NCBI GenBank assembly: GCA_035221665.1 | Contig: CM069133.1 | Location: forward strand, 97,836,001 to 97,900,000 | Direction: 5' to 3' | DNA: 64,000 nucleotides | Origin: Okamejei kenojei | Taxonomy: Eukaryota | Shown: piece after piece, positions 59,341 to 64,000 of the stretch | How the letters are laid out: each line of letters starts with the position of its first letter | Position numbering within the stretch: the stretch's first letter is position 1 | Position numbers and translations under genes: made by a program | Notes under the pieces: model-generated | Told to the model about the DNA's origin: nothing | Seen by the model: the letters and a program-made list of their open reading frames with translations, nothing else | Databases searched by the model: none

Positions 59341-60244
59341 AGTACTCTCATTGACAAGTGACAGTAATATTTACTTACTGCATTAAAAATGCAGCCCAAT
59401 GGAACTTTATAGCAAGATTTTGCTTTGATTGTGAAGGACAATGGTGGAAAGACTTGGAGAACACAAGGAAAAGTAATTCCCACACATTACCAAACGTTTT
59501 CAAGTAGCTCTTGGTTCTGCTAAGCATTTGTTAAATGTGCCATAAGTTGAATGTTAAGGTTTGTGTAAGTACGCATTGCTAAACATGTCTGAATTCTCAG
59601 CTACTTGCGAGAATGTGATGAGAACTCAGTAATTATTGGTGTTTGCCATCAAGAAATATTGAGTTTTATTGGGAATACAATACAAGTAATACATGTGAAG
59701 CAAAAAGTTAATCTAATCCAATTAATATCAAATTTATATAAATTATTTTTTCAAGAAGGTACAGTTTTCAATTTTCTTTGTTGTAGGATTTTTTTTTCAA
59801 AGAATGCTTCATACTTTCCAATTTCCAGCCAAGTAAAGGTTGCAATAAGGTATCAAGTTTACTTAACTAGAACTCTTCATCTGAATAAAAATGTCACCAG
59901 TTAATTACCAGTTTCAGTTTGTGTATGGGATTATAAAATAAAATTACACAATAAATATAGTCGTGAAATAACATTTAATTTAGAAAGATCATTTAAATGC
60001 ACAATTGCAAAGTAATTAAGAGACCATGAGCATTCTTATGAAACCAATGAGGTTGCACAGGGACTGTAAAATGTATAGCTTAAAGTTAAAGGAAATACAC
60101 TCTTTTTTTAGCATGAAACTAATCAGAACCACCCTTGTGTACAGCGATGCAATGGAATGCTAAAGTTATCAGGAAGGATTTTCAAAAATTATATTTTCTT
60201 GTTTACTGATCTAAATATCCACCTCATTTGTGTCAAAAATTGAT

Positions 60245-63200
60245 TTTCTTTTTTTTATTTTTATATATTTTTTTATTTATTAGAAGGACATTACATTTTA
60301 ATGGTACCTTTTTACAGGTTCCCAGAATTATTAAAACATTATTTCTACAACTTCCTTTTTTTTAAAACATTTTTTTTAGAAAGAAATGAGAAAGAAAGTA
60401 GCCTTTTAACAAAATTTAAGTATGAGTTTTTTCGCTATTTTATTCTATTAGGAGGTCTCATTTCTTCCAAATGTGCCGTTTCCAACATATTACCAATCCA
60501 CATTTTGAGTGTTGGTATAGTAGCCTTTTTCCAAAATTTATATATGAGTTTTTTCGCTATTATTAAACCATAATTAAAAAGTGAGATTTGGGATATATTT
60601 AATTTATTTACATCTCCAAAGATAATCATTTCCATGCTAGGTTCCATTTTTATCTTAAATAAACTAGTGAATATATCAAATATATCACACCAAAAATTTG
60701 AAGTTTTATGCAAGAAACAAAAGAGGTGTGTAAGATTGGCATTTTGAGAAGACATTTATCACAAATTGGTGAGAATGTTTGAATAAAATTTATTCAACCT
60801 AACTTTTGAATAATATCTGTGTATATATTTTAAATGAATTAAATTATGTCTAGATTTAATCGAACATTTATGTATATATATCAAATACCTCTCCATGTTT
60901 CTTTAGAAATTTTTATCATTAAATCTTTCACCCAGTCATTCTTAATTGCCCTCTGTTGAAGGCAATTCTCTATTAAGAATACTGTTATATAGCTATGAAA
61001 TTAATTTTTGTGAGTCCACCTTAACTTATTCATAGCTTCTTCCAGTGGGTCTATTGTTATATTCTGTACTCTTGGTATATATTTTTTTATAAAGTCACAT
61101 ATCTGTAAATATTTAAAGTATTGGTTATTATTCAAATTAAATTTTGATTTTAATTGTTGAAATGATAATAAATTTCCCATTTCATACATGTCACCCAACT
61201 TTTTAATTCCCAGTCTTTCCAATTGTCTATATGTTTTATCCATAATAGATGGTTTAAATACTGGGTTATTCACTATTGGTGTTAATGAGGATAAGTTTCT
61301 TAATTTTAAATTTAATTTTATTTGTTCTAATTATATTGTGTATTGTGTATAATTGGATTTTTCTTATATAATATATTATTTAATTTTATCGGGGAGAAGA
61401 GAATCGCTCCAAAATCATAAGGGAAACAATCCTCTTTTTCCATTCTTATCCATTCCATCTGTTGAGAAGGACAATCCAACCAATAAATAATATTCTTAAT
61501 ATGCACTGCCCAATAATAATATAAATAATTAGGCAGTGCAAGTCCCCCTACATCTTTAGGTTTACACAAATGATATATTTTAATTCTATGTGTTTTGTAG
61601 TTCCATATAAAATTAGTAATATTAGACTAGTTTTTTTTTTAAATATAAAAGTATATCATCCGCTTATAATGAAATTTTATTATTAGAGTCCTTAGAATTA
61701 TATCCCTGAATATTCTTATCCTTTCAGCCAGTGGCTCTATCATAAGGGCAAATAGCAGGGGTGATAAAACACATCCCTGCCTATTGCCCCGTGAATTTTT
61801 GAGACAACGTATTATTAGTTAATATTCTTGCTGTTGGTTTATCGTATAATAATTTTACCCATCTAATAAAATTATCTCCCATATTAAATTTTTGGACTAC
61901 TATGTATAAATACTGCCACTCTACCTGATCAAATGCTTTTTCTGCGTCCAAAGATATAACTGATAAGTCTTCCTTTTCCCCTTTATGTGAATACATTATA
62001 TTATAAAGTCGTCTCAAATTGTTAAATGATTGTCTTTTGGGTATAAACCCCGTTTGGTCCTGGTTTTTCAATTTATTAATATATTTGCTCAATCTTCTTG
62101 CTAAAATCTTTGCTAAAATTTTTTGGTCTGTATTTAAAAGTGATATAGCTCTACACGAGCCCGGATCTTCTAGATCTTTATCTTTTTTTGGTATAAGCGT
62201 AATTGTAGATTCTGCTAAAGTTTCTGGTAATTTCTAACGTCCCTTGTTCTGTCCTGTTTTTTTAATTTAGAAAACTTTGATACAAAATTATACCTCCACG
62301 AATGAATGCCTTAAAAGATTCCCATAAAAGAGATGGTGAAATCCCTGGAGTCTCATTTATTTCAAAAAAAAATTTCATTTGTTGTTTTAAATACTCGTAA
62401 CCTTGTGAGTCGTTAGCTATTTGTGTGTTAAATCTCCAAAAAACGTTTGTACATGGCATTCCCTCTTGAATGCCATGTACAAACATTGCATTCCCAGCGG
62501 GGAATGATCAGAAATAATAGTTGTGGTATTTAGGATTAATCGTATATGGTATTAGTTTTGAGTCCACTAAAAAATAATCAATTCTTGAATAAGTTTTGTG
62601 TACTGATGAATAAAACGAATATTCCCTTCCAGTTGTATTAGTTATTCACTATAAATCTATTATATTAGTGTTTTTTATATAGTTGTTTAAGAATTCACTA
62701 GACTTGGATTTAGAACTACCCTTCCTAAATTTGTTGATTTGTCTAAGTATGGATCTATAACACAATTAAAGTCCTCCCCCCCCCCCCCCCCCCCCCCCAG
62801 TATTACATTTTTGAAAAATTATACTCATCTATTTGATCCATAATTTTCTTAAAAAACTTGGGGATTATCAAAGTTTGGAGCATAAATATTTATCAGAGTC
62901 AGTGGAGTGGAATAAATTTCTCCCGCCACTATCGTGTATCTTCCTTCTTTATCAGATATTGTATTCTTTAATATAAACGGTATACCTTTACAAATAATAA
63001 TAGCCGTTCCTCTGGCTTTAGCAGTAAATGATGAATGATACATTTGGTCTATCCAGTTTGCCCTAAATCTCATCTGTGTTTGTAGTTTCGTATGTGTTTC
63101 TTGCAGAAACGCTATATCCACCTTCAAAGATTTTAAATGGGCCATGCTCTTGCCCCTTTTAATTGGATCATTCGCACCCCTAATATTCCAACTACAAAAT

Positions 63201-63250
63201 GTGACTCCTCCATTCTTATTTTCCTTATTGTCCTGCATTATCAATAGGTT
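60245..63250 (-). mobile_element. L1-clade LINE ORF2 (APE, RT, CCHC) with internal deletions
   Basis: SWNIRG, FLQETH, INIYAPN, DQTGFIPKR, SLDAEKAFD and GGLALPN motifs, with an A-rich tail. Same family as 27360-28670. Confidence 0.9.
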
Positions 63251-63871
63251 TTAGTAATTTTACTTCATGTGTAATTAGGTACCTCAGACTTTTGGGTATG
63301 TGGGTATCATCCCACACTTCTGATGTTATTTTACCTCTCCTCCGTATATTGAACCTCCATAATAAAAAGAACGTGTTGAAAAATAGTGATGAAAAAAAAG
63401 AAAAATAGTTAAATGAGCCACATAAGAGTAAATACAACAACAACAAAAAACACGTGATTTTAAGGTATCAAAAAGGTGATACCCTAAATACAAGAAGCCA
63501 TCTATGATGGCTAAAAATTGATTGACCTCCGTAGATGGAATTTTTTGGTCTGTATTTAAAAACATTGAGTTCAGCCACCTAAATACATTGGGATTTATAA
63601 CAACATGCCGTTTCATCTAAATATATCTTAATATGTCTTAATATATCTAAGGAAAAAAAAAATCATCCTTCATATTTCAAATATTCTCTTTTCTATCCCG
63701 ATTTTAAACCTTCTATGTTACTTGCTCGGTATCCCCAAGTCCTAGAATTAAAAAAACATGAGAACACCTGCCCTGTCCCTGTCCGAATGTACAGTATTTG
63801 TCAGTACCTTAATTACCAGCCTGTTTCAAGGGTTGCATTTCTTATCTTAAATGCAACCATCTTCCAGCCCA

Positions 63872-64000
63872 AACCATATAACCATATATAACCATATAAC
63901 AATTACAGCACGGAAACAGGCCCTCTCGGCCCTTCCAGTCCGTGCCGACCATTTGTTTTCCCCTAGTCCCATCTACCTGCACTCAGACCATACCCCTCCA
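63872..64000 (-). mobile_element. CR1 3' end with (TTATATGG)n tail, running off the right edge
   Basis: (AACCATAT)3 followed by CAGCACGGAAACAGGCC. Confidence 0.75.

Noticed and set aside
39796-64000. The next GLIS3 exon (LRS...-type)
   Set aside because: No convincing match with splice sites was found by eye. It probably lies beyond the window, though a diverged exon could have been missed.

Overview
This is eukaryotic, repeat-rich vertebrate DNA. The repeat families (HER1/CR1 LINEs with (TTTCTATG)n tails, an HE1-type SINE, Rex1/Babar LINEs, Penelope remnants, a DeuSINE) point to a cartilaginous fish, probably a skate or ray (inference). The window appears to lie inside the GLIS3 gene on the + strand. 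Two zinc-finger exons are clearly present (30782-30943, 162 bp; 39685-39795, 111 bp; both phase 0 with canonical AG/GT), and the rest looks intronic. Most listed ORFs are retroelement fragments or noise. Mobile DNA includes two near-full-length Rex1 LINEs, two L1-clade copies, a decayed Gypsy LTR element hosting nested Rex1 and CR1 insertions, a CGGBP1/hAT19-like transposon, and hAT and Harbinger MITEs. The most notable observations are: (1) an antisense TDP2-like exon 1 with its donor site and intron start, fused in frame to a CR1 3' end; (2) minimal hammerhead-ribozyme motifs in Penelope-derived fold-back repeats; (3) repeated antisense insertion of young CR1s into older CR1s; (4) a VNTR-containing non-autonomous retroposon. 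Boundaries of old repeats are approximate. All family assignments come from recognising motifs by eye, not from database searches.
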